NCBI GenBank assembly: GCA_965216875.1
Contig: OZ244207.1
Location: 256,001-320,000, forward strand
DNA length: 64,000 bases
Direction: 5' to 3'
DNA from: Rubripirellula sp.
GTDB lineage: Bacteria > Planctomycetota > Planctomycetia > Pirellulales > Pirellulaceae
Part shown: one piece after another, positions 1-8,913 of the stretch
Layout of the letters: each line of letters begins with the position of its first letter
Numbering within the stretch: the first letter of the stretch is position 1
The notes under the pieces: generated by a model
What the model was told of the DNA's origin: nothing
The model's database searches: none
Seen by the model: the letters and a program-made list of their open reading frames with translations, nothing else
Program-made: the position numbers and the translations under genes

Positions 1-483
1 GCGCCCCAAAAGAATGCGCCGCGTGAGAATTGGGTCGAGTTCTTTGCTGAGCAGCGACTTGAGTTTCAAGTTCGCTGGGCCAACGACCAAGGGCTGATCA
101 GCACGCGTTGCCGAAATCGTTGTGACGCCATCATCAACCGCCTGGGATCGCTCCTCGCTGGCAGGACGGACGAGACCTGCTTGCTGCACGGCGACCTTTG
201 GAGCGGCAACTACCTTTGCAATGCTGAGGGCCGCCCCGTGGTCATCGACCCGGCCGTCTACTACGGGTGTCGCGAAGCGGAATTTGGGATGCTGAAGCTA
301 TTCGGTAGCTGTCCGCCGGGCTTTTACGACGCCTATCAGGCGACATTTCCGATGCCTGGCGGTTGGCAACAGCGGGTCAATGTCTATGTTCTTTATCATC
401 TGCTCAACCATTTGAACCTGTTTGGCAGTGGCTACCTTGGCTCGTGTGAGTCGACGGCGGCGAGCATCTTGCAAGACTCGTAG
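1..483 (+). CDS. Fructosamine kinase family protein (5'-truncated by window edge)
   Basis: Frame +1 is open from base 1 ([20 protein letters not shown]...). Family motifs [24 protein letters not shown] and [11 protein letters not shown] are present. Confidence 0.9.
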   Translation, partial: APQKNAPRENWVEFFAEQRLEFQVRWANDQGLISTRCRNRCDAIINRLGSLLAGRTDETCLLHGDLWSGNYLCNAEGRPVVIDPAVYYGCREAEFGMLKLFGSCPPGFYDAYQATFPMPGGWQQRVNVYVLYHLLNHLNLFGSGYLGSCESTAASILQDS

Positions 484-527
484 CTGCCACCTGGACCGTC
501 ATCCGTACAACATTCGAAAAGTCATCC

Positions 528-1295
528 ATGCTTGCCGCTCGCGTGATCCCCTGCCTGGACGTACATGAAGGACGAGTCGTCAAAGGCACCAATTTTGTCA
601 ACCTTCGCGACGCGGGTGACCCTGTTGAAGTCGCGCGGCGCTACGAAGCCGAAGGCGCCGACGAACTTGTGTTTTTGGACATCACGGCCAGTCACGAAGA
701 GCGAGACATCATCCTAGACGTGGTCAGCCGAACGGCCGAGCAAGTCTTCATGCCGCTTACCGTGGGTGGCGGAGTTCGAACGATTGAAGACGTCCGTGCT
801 CTTTTGTCGGCGGGTTGTGACAAAGTGTCGATCAACTCGGCCGCCTGCAAAGATCCCGAGTTCGTGCGGCGTGCCGCCGACCGGTTCGGTAGCCAATGCA
901 TCGTCGTGAACATCGACCCCAAACGTGTCCAAAAAGATGGCGAAGAAACCTGGGAAGTTCACATCAACGGCGGCCGCACACCGACTGGCCTGATGGCCGT
1001 CGAGTGGGCTCTGGAGGTGGAGCGTCTGGGGGCGGGCGAAATCGTACTGACCAGCATGGACTGTGACGGAACCAAAGACGGGTACGACTTGCCGATCACG
1101 GCGGCGGTCAGCGATGCTGTCTCGATTCCCGTCGTTGCCAGCGGTGGCGCAGGTCACCCCCAACACCTCGCCGATGCGATCACCAAAGGAAAAGCAGACG
1201 CCGCGCTGGCGGCAAGCATCTTTCACTTTGGTGAATTCACGATCGGTGAAACCAAGAAGATCATGCAAGATGCCGGCGTCGCAGTCAGAATGTAA
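528..1295 (+). CDS. hisF: Imidazole glycerol phosphate synthase cyclase subunit
   Basis: [66 protein letters not shown]. Confidence 0.98.
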   Translation: MLAARVIPCLDVHEGRVVKGTNFVNLRDAGDPVEVARRYEAEGADELVFLDITASHEERDIILDVVSRTAEQVFMPLTVGGGVRTIEDVRALLSAGCDKVSINSAACKDPEFVRRAADRFGSQCIVVNIDPKRVQKDGEETWEVHINGGRTPTGLMAVEWALEVERLGAGEIVLTSMDCDGTKDGYDLPITAAVSDAVSIPVVASGGAGHPQHLADAITKGKADAALAASIFHFGEFTIGETKKIMQDAGVAVRM

Positions 1296-1348
1296 CTCAC
1301 GGGCGTCCAAGCGAAGGCGACTTGAAGGTGGGGCGATAGAGACATTCC

Positions 1349-2092
1349 ATGCAATCGATTGCTTTTCGCACGCTGTGTGATCCTGACGCTCCCAAGGCCG
1401 ACGTGTTTTGGATTCACCATGCTGGCGGTGTCACCAACACTCTTGCGCACCGCGCCAAGTCGATTGAGTTGCCGCTGCGAATTCGCACGCCACTGATGCC
1501 CGCACGCGAGCAGCTCGTTGACCAAGCGTTCGATGGCGACCTTTGCCAGCTCGCCGAAATGATTGCCCAGGAGATCGTTGCGACGACCGGCAGCGGTTTG
1601 CCGCTCGTCTTGGCCGGCCACAGCTTCGGAAGCGTGATTGCCTACCGAGTCGCCTGTGAACTCGCCAAGCAAGACGTACCCGTGCATCGTCTGCTGGTCA
1701 TGTCGTTTCTATCGCCCGACCAGCTCAAGGGAAGCGAGCGATTCGATTCGCTTGATGACCAGGAGCTGATCCAACGCGTTGACGAAGTCTTTGGTGGTGT
1801 TCCTGCGGCAATCCGCGACGATCCCGAAACGCTGCGACATTTCATCCCCGCGCTACGTTTCGATGTCGAACTGCTGGCCAAGTATCGACACGATGATCGA
1901 ACGCCCAAGCTCGGGACCGAGATCATGGCCATCTCGGGAACGGACGACGAGAGCTTGGAACTGTCGCAGGTTGCGGGGTGGAAGAACTTGACCCGTGGTC
2001 AAACCCGTCTTGTCAGCATGCCAGGGGATCACTTTTTCGCTCTCGAGCGTTTTGCCGAAGTCTTGCAGGCAGCGACGTGGGACGTTGTTTAA
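1349..2092 (+). CDS. Type II thioesterase (alpha/beta hydrolase, GrsT/RifR-like)
   Basis: HHAGG, nucleophile elbow GHSFG, PALRFD, C-terminal GDHFF. Confidence 0.88.
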   Translation: MQSIAFRTLCDPDAPKADVFWIHHAGGVTNTLAHRAKSIELPLRIRTPLMPAREQLVDQAFDGDLCQLAEMIAQEIVATTGSGLPLVLAGHSFGSVIAYRVACELAKQDVPVHRLLVMSFLSPDQLKGSERFDSLDDQELIQRVDEVFGGVPAAIRDDPETLRHFIPALRFDVELLAKYRHDDRTPKLGTEIMAISGTDDESLELSQVAGWKNLTRGQTRLVSMPGDHFFALERFAEVLQAATWDVV

Positions 2093-2148
2093 GGCGGATA
2101 TTGTTTAAAGCGGATCTTGCCTGAGGCGGGTATCGTCTGACGTGAACA
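2085..2148. repeat. Degenerate 16-bp tandem repeat (3 good copies and 1 decayed copy)
   Basis: ttgtttaaggcggata / ttgtttaaagcggatc / ttgcctgaggcgggta / tcgtctgacgtgaaca, starting inside the thioesterase stop region. Confidence 0.7.
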
Positions 2149-2200
2149 ACGGTCGAAAGCATGTGGGTGGTGGAAGCCGTCCCGCCCGTTGTTGACGTCA
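2138..2200. other. Inverted repeat / stem-loop upstream of purH
   Basis: tgacgtgaacaacgg (2138-2152) pairs with ccgttgttgacgtca (2186-2200) at 14/15 positions. An inner gggtggt-GGAA-gccgtccc hairpin is also possible. Confidence 0.6.
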
Positions 2201-2239
2201 CAAACATCGCGATTCCGGGTCGCAATACGTCCGACCGGG

Positions 2240-2269
2240 TTGACCAGTCCGCGTGCCTGAGATTACACC
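2240..2269 (+). promoter_or_regulatory. Possible sigma70-type promoter for purH
   Basis: TTGACC-N18-TACACC about 70 nt upstream of the purH start. Confidence 0.3.
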
Positions 2270-2338
2270 AATGCGGTGCGTTCGCGCTCGATTCCCCACG
2301 CTGTGTTCCGTCCCTCTTATTGAAAAGTCCTGATCGCC

Positions 2339-3910
2339 GTGTCTGAAGCCGTCCCGATTCGCAATGCCTTGATCAGCGTCAGTGACAAGCTTGGTTTGGC
2401 CGATTTCGCAGCAGGACTGCGGCGCGCCGGCGTCACCATCTACAGCACCGGCGGAACGCGCCGCCACCTCGAGCAGTCTGGCGTCGAGGTTCTCGACGTT
2501 GCTGAGTACACCGGTTTTCCCGAAATGCTTGACGGCCGAGTCAAGACGCTCCACCCGCGCGTCTTTGGTGGCATCCTTGCCATTCGCGATCGCGCCGACC
2601 ACATGGAAGCGATCGGCGAACACGACATCGAGCCGTTCGATCTTGTTGTGGTGAACCTATATCCCTTTGCGGCGACCGCCTCACGTGCCGGCGCGACTCG
2701 CGAAGAATGTGTCGAACAAATCGACATCGGCGGTCCGAGCCTCGTGCGCGCCGCGGCCAAGAACCACAATGATGTTGCCATCGCCACCAGCCCTGAGCAG
2801 TACGGCGAAATCCTCGCGCAGCTCGACACGCTTGGCGGCACTACCTTTGATCTGCGTCAGCAGCTCGCAAGCGACGCCTTTGATCACACCGCTGCTTACG
2901 ACCGAGCGATCGCCGACTACATGCGTGGCGATTCGATCTCGGGCGAGTTCCCTGCAAGCTTGCACCTCTCGCTGCGTCGCAAGGCTCAACTACGCTACGG
3001 CGAAAACCCGCACCAGCGCGCCGCGCTCTACGCCGATCCCAGTGCAAAGTCCGCCAACCTCGTTTCGGCGCGACAACTTAGCGGCAAAGAACTTTCCTAC
3101 AACAACTTGCTTGACCTCGATTCGGCCCTCGACATCGTTCGCAACATGGGCGGGCCAGCGGTGTCGGTTATCAAGCACAACAATCCCTGCGGTGCCGCGA
3201 CCGACAACAAGCTCGCTCGAGCTTGTCAGAAAGCACTCGATGGTGACCCGTTGAGTGCGTTTGGCTCGGTGCTCGGCTTCAACCGAACCGTCGACACCGA
3301 AACTGCGGAACTGCTTTGCCAACCCGGTTTGTTCATCGAAGCGATCGTCGCACCCGATTTCGAAGCCGAAGCCGTCGGCTTGCTGACCACAAAACCTCGC
3401 TGGCGCGAAAACGTTCGGCTAATGCAGGTTGGGATTCTTGATGAACCACCACCGCCGATCCAACGGCGGTTCATCAGCGGCGGGATGCTGGTCCAGGACG
3501 CCGATCGTCTTACGAGCGCACCACTGCAATGGAAAACGGTGACCGACACGAAAGTCGCCGATGAACTTTGGGATGACGTTGCGTTTGGCTGGGAAATGGT
3601 GCGTCACGTCAAGAGCAACGCCATCGTGCTTGCCAAAGACACCTCACTTATCGGCGTCGGCGCTGGACAGATGAGTCGCGTCGACAGTGTCGAGATTGCG
3701 ATCGACAAGGCGGGCGACCGTGTCGTCGGCTCGATCTTGGCTTCGGATGCATTCTTTCCGTTTCCCGATTCGATCGAGGCAGCAGCCGAGGCTGGCATTG
3801 TCGCGATTGTGCAACCGGGCGGCTCGCGCCGCGACCAGGAAGTCATCGAAGCCTGCGACAAACACAATCTGCCGATGGTGTTCACGGGCCGACGTCACTT
3901 CAAGCACTGA
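2339..3910 (+). CDS. purH: Bifunctional AICAR transformylase / IMP cyclohydrolase
   Basis: ALISVSDK, STGGT, GRVKTLHP, IDIGGPS, LRYGENPHQ, KHNNPCG, GAGQMSRVDS, ASDAFFPF, TGRRHFKH. Confidence 0.99.
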   Translation: MSEAVPIRNALISVSDKLGLADFAAGLRRAGVTIYSTGGTRRHLEQSGVEVLDVAEYTGFPEMLDGRVKTLHPRVFGGILAIRDRADHMEAIGEHDIEPFDLVVVNLYPFAATASRAGATREECVEQIDIGGPSLVRAAAKNHNDVAIATSPEQYGEILAQLDTLGGTTFDLRQQLASDAFDHTAAYDRAIADYMRGDSISGEFPASLHLSLRRKAQLRYGENPHQRAALYADPSAKSANLVSARQLSGKELSYNNLLDLDSALDIVRNMGGPAVSVIKHNNPCGAATDNKLARACQKALDGDPLSAFGSVLGFNRTVDTETAELLCQPGLFIEAIVAPDFEAEAVGLLTTKPRWRENVRLMQVGILDEPPPPIQRRFISGGMLVQDADRLTSAPLQWKTVTDTKVADELWDDVAFGWEMVRHVKSNAIVLAKDTSLIGVGAGQMSRVDSVEIAIDKAGDRVVGSILASDAFFPFPDSIEAAAEAGIVAIVQPGGSRRDQEVIEACDKHNLPMVFTGRRHFKH

Positions 3911-4012
3911 TCGTCACGTCAATGCTTTGAAACACCCGACCTGCCAACACACCCGATTCTGCAAATCGCCGCCAACACGCCCGACCCTGCGCCTCGATCG
4001 GCCCAGTGAATC

Positions 4013-4792
4013 ATGACCATCCTTGACGATATCCTGGTAAAGACGCGGCAAACGATTGCAGCCGATCAACAGCTTGTCGCCGCGTCGGAGCTCGAGGCCG
4101 CGGTCGCCGACCAACCGCCCTGTCGCGATTTTCATGGCGCACTTGCGTCCGGCGATCGCGTGCAATTGATCGCCGAGGTCAAAAAGGCGAGTCCTTCTGC
4201 GGGGCTGATTCGCGAGGACTTTGACCCGCCAACGATCGCGTCTTGTTACGAAAAAGGCGGCGCGGCATGCATCAGTGTTTTGACCGATGAACCTTTCTTT
4301 CAAGGTTCGCTCGACTACTTGAAACAAGTGCGCGCGGCAGCCGACCTGCCGATTCTTCGCAAAGACTTTATCGTCGACCGCTACCAGTTGCTACAGGCTC
4401 GTGCGGCCGGCGCCGACTGCGTGCTGCTCATTGCCGAATGCTTGACGGCCGATCAGCTCAAGACGCTTCACGATCAAGCAACCGAACTCGGTTTGCAAAC
4501 GTTGATCGAGCTCTACGAACCGGAAAACCTCGATGCTGTATTGGCAACAGGAACGAAGCTCGTCGGAATCAACAACCGCGACCTGCGGACGTTTCATACA
4601 ACGCTGCAGCACACTTTGTCGATTTGTCCGAATATTCCGAATGATCGGCTTGTTGTAGGCGAAAGTGGCATTCGCACGTTTGCCGATCTACAGCTCTTGG
4701 CAACCGGCGGTGTGAAAGCAGTGCTGGTCGGTGAATCACTCATGCGACAAGACGATATCACCGACGCGACGCGACGACTATTGAACGGTTGA
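4013..4792 (+). CDS. trpC: Indole-3-glycerol phosphate synthase
   Basis: IAEVKKASPSAG, ISVLTDEPFFQG, LRKDFI, GINNRDL, ESGI, LVGESLM. Confidence 0.98.
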   Translation: MTILDDILVKTRQTIAADQQLVAASELEAAVADQPPCRDFHGALASGDRVQLIAEVKKASPSAGLIREDFDPPTIASCYEKGGAACISVLTDEPFFQGSLDYLKQVRAAADLPILRKDFIVDRYQLLQARAAGADCVLLIAECLTADQLKTLHDQATELGLQTLIELYEPENLDAVLATGTKLVGINNRDLRTFHTTLQHTLSICPNIPNDRLVVGESGIRTFADLQLLATGGVKAVLVGESLMRQDDITDATRRLLNG

Positions 4793-4840
4793 TTGCGTTT
4801 TTGAGTTGTCACCTCTCGATCGAAGATTACGCTCGGACTT

Positions 4841-6238
4841 GTGTCTAACCGTCTCGAGCGTCTCACTACTCGATCGCAATCTATGCCCGCCGCAGGTTCC
4901 GCCATTGACTCTGTCGAAGCGCCCCGTTTCGAACTCGGCAACCGGGGACTTGCGATCGTCGCTGCGCTGATGTTGATGCTTGGTGTCGGCGCCACCGCGG
5001 CCCGAACGATCGTCAAATACCAACCTCCGGGGCCGTTCGATCCAAGTCGACAGGGCATGTGCGACTTTCACAACGGTATCTACTTTCCCACGCGAGCGAT
5101 GTTGCGTGGCGAAAGCCCTTACGGTGCCGACTATGCAGCCACCTACCCGGTTGCCCGGCAGATCCCGTTTTTTTCGCCAGCGATCCTTGCGCTGCACGCC
5201 CCACTCGCGTTGATGCCGTTGCATGTTGGCGAAGTCTTGCACTTCAGCCTTTCACTCGGGGTGATCGTTGCCATCGCTTACCTCGTTGTCCTCGCATCGG
5301 GGTTGCCCAAACGATGGGATTACGTGATCGGCATATCGGCGGCGTTGGTCTTCACACGCGGCGGACACATCACGCTCTTTGATGGCTACTTCACGCTCGA
5401 GCTTGTGCTCGCGTCTTTGTTAGCGATTCACTGGGGAAACAAACGTCCTTGGTTGGCGGCATTAGCATTGGTGGTTGTGTCTGCCAAACCAACCTACATT
5501 TTGCCGCTGGGGTTTTTGCTGTTGGCACGAGGCAACTTCAAGCCGCTCGTCATTGGGGCGATCCTCAGTGTGGTCGCGGCTGCCATTCCAATGGGATGGA
5601 TGGCCTACCATCAAGGTGACGGCGACCTCGGCGCCGGGCTGGCAAGCATTCGAGCCGACATCTCCGGGGCTCAAGAGATCCACCGCGCCCAAGAAGATGA
5701 GTCGCCCGTTCACTCTTGGACCCGTGTTGACCTGTTGGCGATCGTCGCGAAATGGACCGAGGATGATCCCGCCGAGGCGACCCATTTGATCGTCATGGCG
5801 GTGCTGCTTTTTCCAGCCATGGTGGTGCTCTTTCGACGCTGCCGAAGGGGTGTTGACGATGGTGTCTGCGGACTCACAGGCGCGATCATTCTGAGTGCAC
5901 TTCTGACGAGTCTTTACCACCAATCGTATGACGTCCTGTTGCTTGTCGCGCCAGCGGTTGGAGTGCTCGCTGCCAGACTCGATGGATGGCGATCGCTAGG
6001 GGCGTGGCATCGAATCGCATTGGCCGGTGTGATGTTGTTGCCCGCTTACAACTACCTCTCGACTCGGATGTTCCTGTTGCGGATCGACCCCGATCCCACA
6101 ACCGTGAAGTTGCTGACCAGCCTGAACGGAATCTCACTGGCCATTTTGATGGTTTGGTGCCTTTTTCTGGCGGCCCGTGGGGCGGCGAAATTGCCCACAG
6201 AATCGTCGCAATCGTACCCTGAACAACAAAGCACCTAA
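4841..6238 (+). CDS. GT-C fold integral membrane glycosyltransferase (GT87/DUF2029-like)
   Basis: About 10 hydrophobic segments, N-terminal loop DFHNGIY...GESPY, KP motif (SAKPTY), HQSYD near the C-terminus. Confidence 0.7.
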   Translation: MSNRLERLTTRSQSMPAAGSAIDSVEAPRFELGNRGLAIVAALMLMLGVGATAARTIVKYQPPGPFDPSRQGMCDFHNGIYFPTRAMLRGESPYGADYAATYPVARQIPFFSPAILALHAPLALMPLHVGEVLHFSLSLGVIVAIAYLVVLASGLPKRWDYVIGISAALVFTRGGHITLFDGYFTLELVLASLLAIHWGNKRPWLAALALVVVSAKPTYILPLGFLLLARGNFKPLVIGAILSVVAAAIPMGWMAYHQGDGDLGAGLASIRADISGAQEIHRAQEDESPVHSWTRVDLLAIVAKWTEDDPAEATHLIVMAVLLFPAMVVLFRRCRRGVDDGVCGLTGAIILSALLTSLYHQSYDVLLLVAPAVGVLAARLDGWRSLGAWHRIALAGVMLLPAYNYLSTRMFLLRIDPDPTTVKLLTSLNGISLAILMVWCLFLAARGAAKLPTESSQSYPEQQST

Positions 6239-6428
6239 AAGGCCTGTGTTGCCCACGCTGCGCATGTTGCCCGGCCGGTTGACGCAGTTACACTGTCCTT
6301 GGAGGGCCGGTCAATTGGCCCATTTTCGCACGGGCACCGGCCCCAAATGCGTGTCGGATTGCAGGCATGTGGGGACGTTCTGCTGCAGTTCTTCAGCACT
6401 CGAAAAAACAACTTGACGAGCTACTCTC

Positions 6429-7244
6429 ATGTCGCCTCCTGAACCAGGCAAAGTCCAAACGGCAAGTTCACCCGAAGCACGCGACTCGGTGCGTTTTCGT
6501 CCAGCCAAAGTGCTGATGGCGCTGCCCGCCTACAACGAGGAAGCGGCGTTGCCCGAATTGCTCGAGCGAATCGGCGAAGCGTTTGCCGATAGCGGCTTGC
6601 CCTACGAAGTGGTGATCGTCGACGACGGCAGCAGCGATGACACGGCGAACATCGCAAGCCAAATGTCATTTCAGATGCCCATCCACTTGGTCAAGCACGA
6701 AGTCAACCAGGGTCTCGGAACAACGCTTCGCGATGGTCTTCGCGAGGCCGTCGATCGTGCGGGCGAGCGCGACATCATCGTGACGATGGATGCCGACAAC
6801 ACGCATCCACCTGGATTGATCGATCGCATGGTCCGCATGATTCACGAAGGGTGCGACGTCGTGATTGCGTCGCGATTCCAACCGGGTGCGCGCGTTGTGG
6901 GTGTTCCGATCGAACGTCACTTCCTTAGCGTTGGTGCCCGCGTGCTGTTCACGTTGTTGTTTCCGACTCGCGGCGTGCGCGATTACACGTCTGGGTTTCG
7001 TGCCTACCGCGCCAGCGCCATTCGTGCGGCGTTCGCCGAATACGGTGATGACTTTGTCGGTGAAACAGGTTTCTCATGCATGGCTGATGTGCTGTTGAAA
7101 CTCCGTCGACAGGGAGCGCTTTTTGGCGAAGCCCCTTTGCGTTTGCGCTATGACCAAAAGGGTGGCGACAGCAAGATGCGAGTATTCAAGACAATCTGGC
7201 TGACGCTCAAATTGCTCGGCCGTCACCGAGTGGGTGGAAAATAA
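6429..7244 (+). CDS. GT2 glycosyltransferase, polyprenol-phosphate sugar synthase (DPM1-like)
   Basis: LPAYNEE, VDDGSSDDT, NQGLG, MDADNTHPP, DVVIASRF, DYTSGFRAYR. Confidence 0.9.
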   Translation: MSPPEPGKVQTASSPEARDSVRFRPAKVLMALPAYNEEAALPELLERIGEAFADSGLPYEVVIVDDGSSDDTANIASQMSFQMPIHLVKHEVNQGLGTTLRDGLREAVDRAGERDIIVTMDADNTHPPGLIDRMVRMIHEGCDVVIASRFQPGARVVGVPIERHFLSVGARVLFTLLFPTRGVRDYTSGFRAYRASAIRAAFAEYGDDFVGETGFSCMADVLLKLRRQGALFGEAPLRLRYDQKGGDSKMRVFKTIWLTLKLLGRHRVGGK

Positions 7245-7246
7245 GC

Positions 7247-8653
7247 GTGGCAAACGATTCTCAGGGCAAGCAACCCAAATCAAAGTGGCTGGTGGTTGGC
7301 GGTGGTGTGATGGGCTTGAAGGTCGCCCGTGACCTACAAGCTCGCGGTCAAGACGTGACGGTGGCCGAAGCCGCGCCAACGTTTGGTGGCCTCACCAGCG
7401 CATGGAACCTTGGCGGTGTTGTCTGGGATCGCTTTTATCATGTCACCCTTCTAAGTGACACAAAGCTGCGCGACCAGCTTGAAGAACTTGGCCTGGAAAA
7501 CGAAATCGAGTGGGTCGAGACCAAGACCGGTTTTTACAGTGACGGCAAGTTGCTTTCGATGAGCAACACGGCGGAGTTCCTGCGTTTTCCCCCACTGTCA
7601 TTGATTCAGCGCATCCGCTTGGGCGGCACCATTTTCTACGCGTCGAAGATCAAGAGTTGGCGTCGTCTCGAAAAACTGTCGGTCGAAAAATGGCTGCGTC
7701 GTTGGTCAGGCAAAGGGGCCTTCGAAAAGGTCTGGTTGCCGCTGCTGAAAGCGAAATTGGGCGAAGCCTACAAACAGACCTCCGCAGCATTCATTTGGGC
7801 CCACACCGCGCGAATGTACAAGGCGCGGCGCAGTGGTGCCAAAAAAGAGATGTTTGGCTACGTGCCCGGCGGTTATGCCCGTATTCTCGAGACCTGGGTC
7901 AACTTCCTTTCCGGCCGCGGGGTGAGGATGTTGGCTGACCATCCGGTCCAGAGCATACGTCCGATTGCGGCCGACGCCGGCGGCGGTCTTGAGGTCGACT
8001 TTGGCGACGGACGCGTCGAGCATTTTGACAATGTTGTCACCACGATCGCTTCGCCACTGATCGCGAAATCGTGCGACGCACTCAGGGATGACGAAAAGCA
8101 GAAGCTCGAGAACATCCGCTATCTAGGTGTCGTCTGTGCATCGATGCTGATGAAGAAACCGATCAGTCCCTATTACGTGACCAACATTATCGACACGTGG
8201 GTGCCGCTCACTGCTGTCATCGAGATGTCGACGATCGTTGATTCCGAAAGTCAGTTGGACGGCCAGCATTTGGTGTACCTGCCCAAATACTTGCCGGATG
8301 ACCACGACGGTTTGAAAGAGTCCGACGAAGACTACAAAGAGAAGTGTTTGTCGACGCTTGAAAAGATGTATGACCACTTTTCACGCGACAACGTCGCCGA
8401 CTTTAAAGTCGCTCGTGCCAAGTACGTCGCTGCGCTCGCGACGATTGACTACAGCACACGTCTGCCACCGATCGTGACCAGCGTGCCGGGTTTCTACGCT
8501 CTCAATTCTGCCCACATCCTCGAGGGCAACTTGAACGTGAACGAAACGATCACGTTGGGCGAGGACAAGTTGGCCGAAGAAGTCTGGCCCGATTACGTCG
8601 CCCGCTGTGAGGCCGGAGAGGTGCGCGCCGTCGACCAGCACGCCGTCGTTTAG
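7247..8653 (+). CDS. FAD-dependent oxidoreductase (amine oxidase / protoporphyrinogen oxidase-like family)
   Basis: Rossmann motif VVGGGVMGL, EAAPTFGGL, WDRFYH. It starts 2 nt after the GT2 stop. Confidence 0.85.
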   Translation: MANDSQGKQPKSKWLVVGGGVMGLKVARDLQARGQDVTVAEAAPTFGGLTSAWNLGGVVWDRFYHVTLLSDTKLRDQLEELGLENEIEWVETKTGFYSDGKLLSMSNTAEFLRFPPLSLIQRIRLGGTIFYASKIKSWRRLEKLSVEKWLRRWSGKGAFEKVWLPLLKAKLGEAYKQTSAAFIWAHTARMYKARRSGAKKEMFGYVPGGYARILETWVNFLSGRGVRMLADHPVQSIRPIAADAGGGLEVDFGDGRVEHFDNVVTTIASPLIAKSCDALRDDEKQKLENIRYLGVVCASMLMKKPISPYYVTNIIDTWVPLTAVIEMSTIVDSESQLDGQHLVYLPKYLPDDHDGLKESDEDYKEKCLSTLEKMYDHFSRDNVADFKVARAKYVAALATIDYSTRLPPIVTSVPGFYALNSAHILEGNLNVNETITLGEDKLAEEVWPDYVARCEAGEVRAVDQHAVV

Positions 8654-8723
8654 CCTCCTCCCCTCGTTAACACGCTTCGCGTGGTAACGCACTCTCGGAC
8701 GCTCCGCGTCTTCTTCCATCCCC

Positions 8724-8787
8724 GTTCGTCGGTCCCGCCTTTAGGCGGAAGAGCCTGAAGATTCCGGCTAAAGCCGGTACTACGAAC
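8724..8787. repeat. REP-like inverted doublet, family B (GTAGTACCGGCTTTAGCCGG type)
   Basis: gttcgtcggtcccgcctttaggcgg...ccggctaaagccggtactacgaac. Its reverse complement closely matches 34511-34574. Confidence 0.8.
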
Positions 8788-8814
8788 TGGCAGAGCGCCG
8801 CGCGCGATCAGGGC

Positions 8815-8834
8815 TCATGCGGCGCATGACCTAC
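8815..8834 (-). repeat. Single GTAG-type REP-like palindrome
   Basis: Minus strand reads GTAG-GTCATGC-GCC-GCATGA. Confidence 0.5.
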
Positions 8835-8913
8835 GGGCTTTCGAAATCGGGTAGGATCAGGAGCCAAATTGGATTTCTTATCCGTTTTTCGTTCCTCTCC
8901 GATCTGCTCATCG

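Noticed and set aside
2093..2338. ZMP/ZTP (pfl) riboswitch before purH
   Set aside because: The consensus GACTGGCG...GTGG/CCAC...GGGAGC and the 3' CGCCTGGGC are not found.
7247..8653. Calling the flavoprotein hemY/hemG
   Set aside because: Only the general fold motifs match, and the context is glycosylation rather than haem synthesis.
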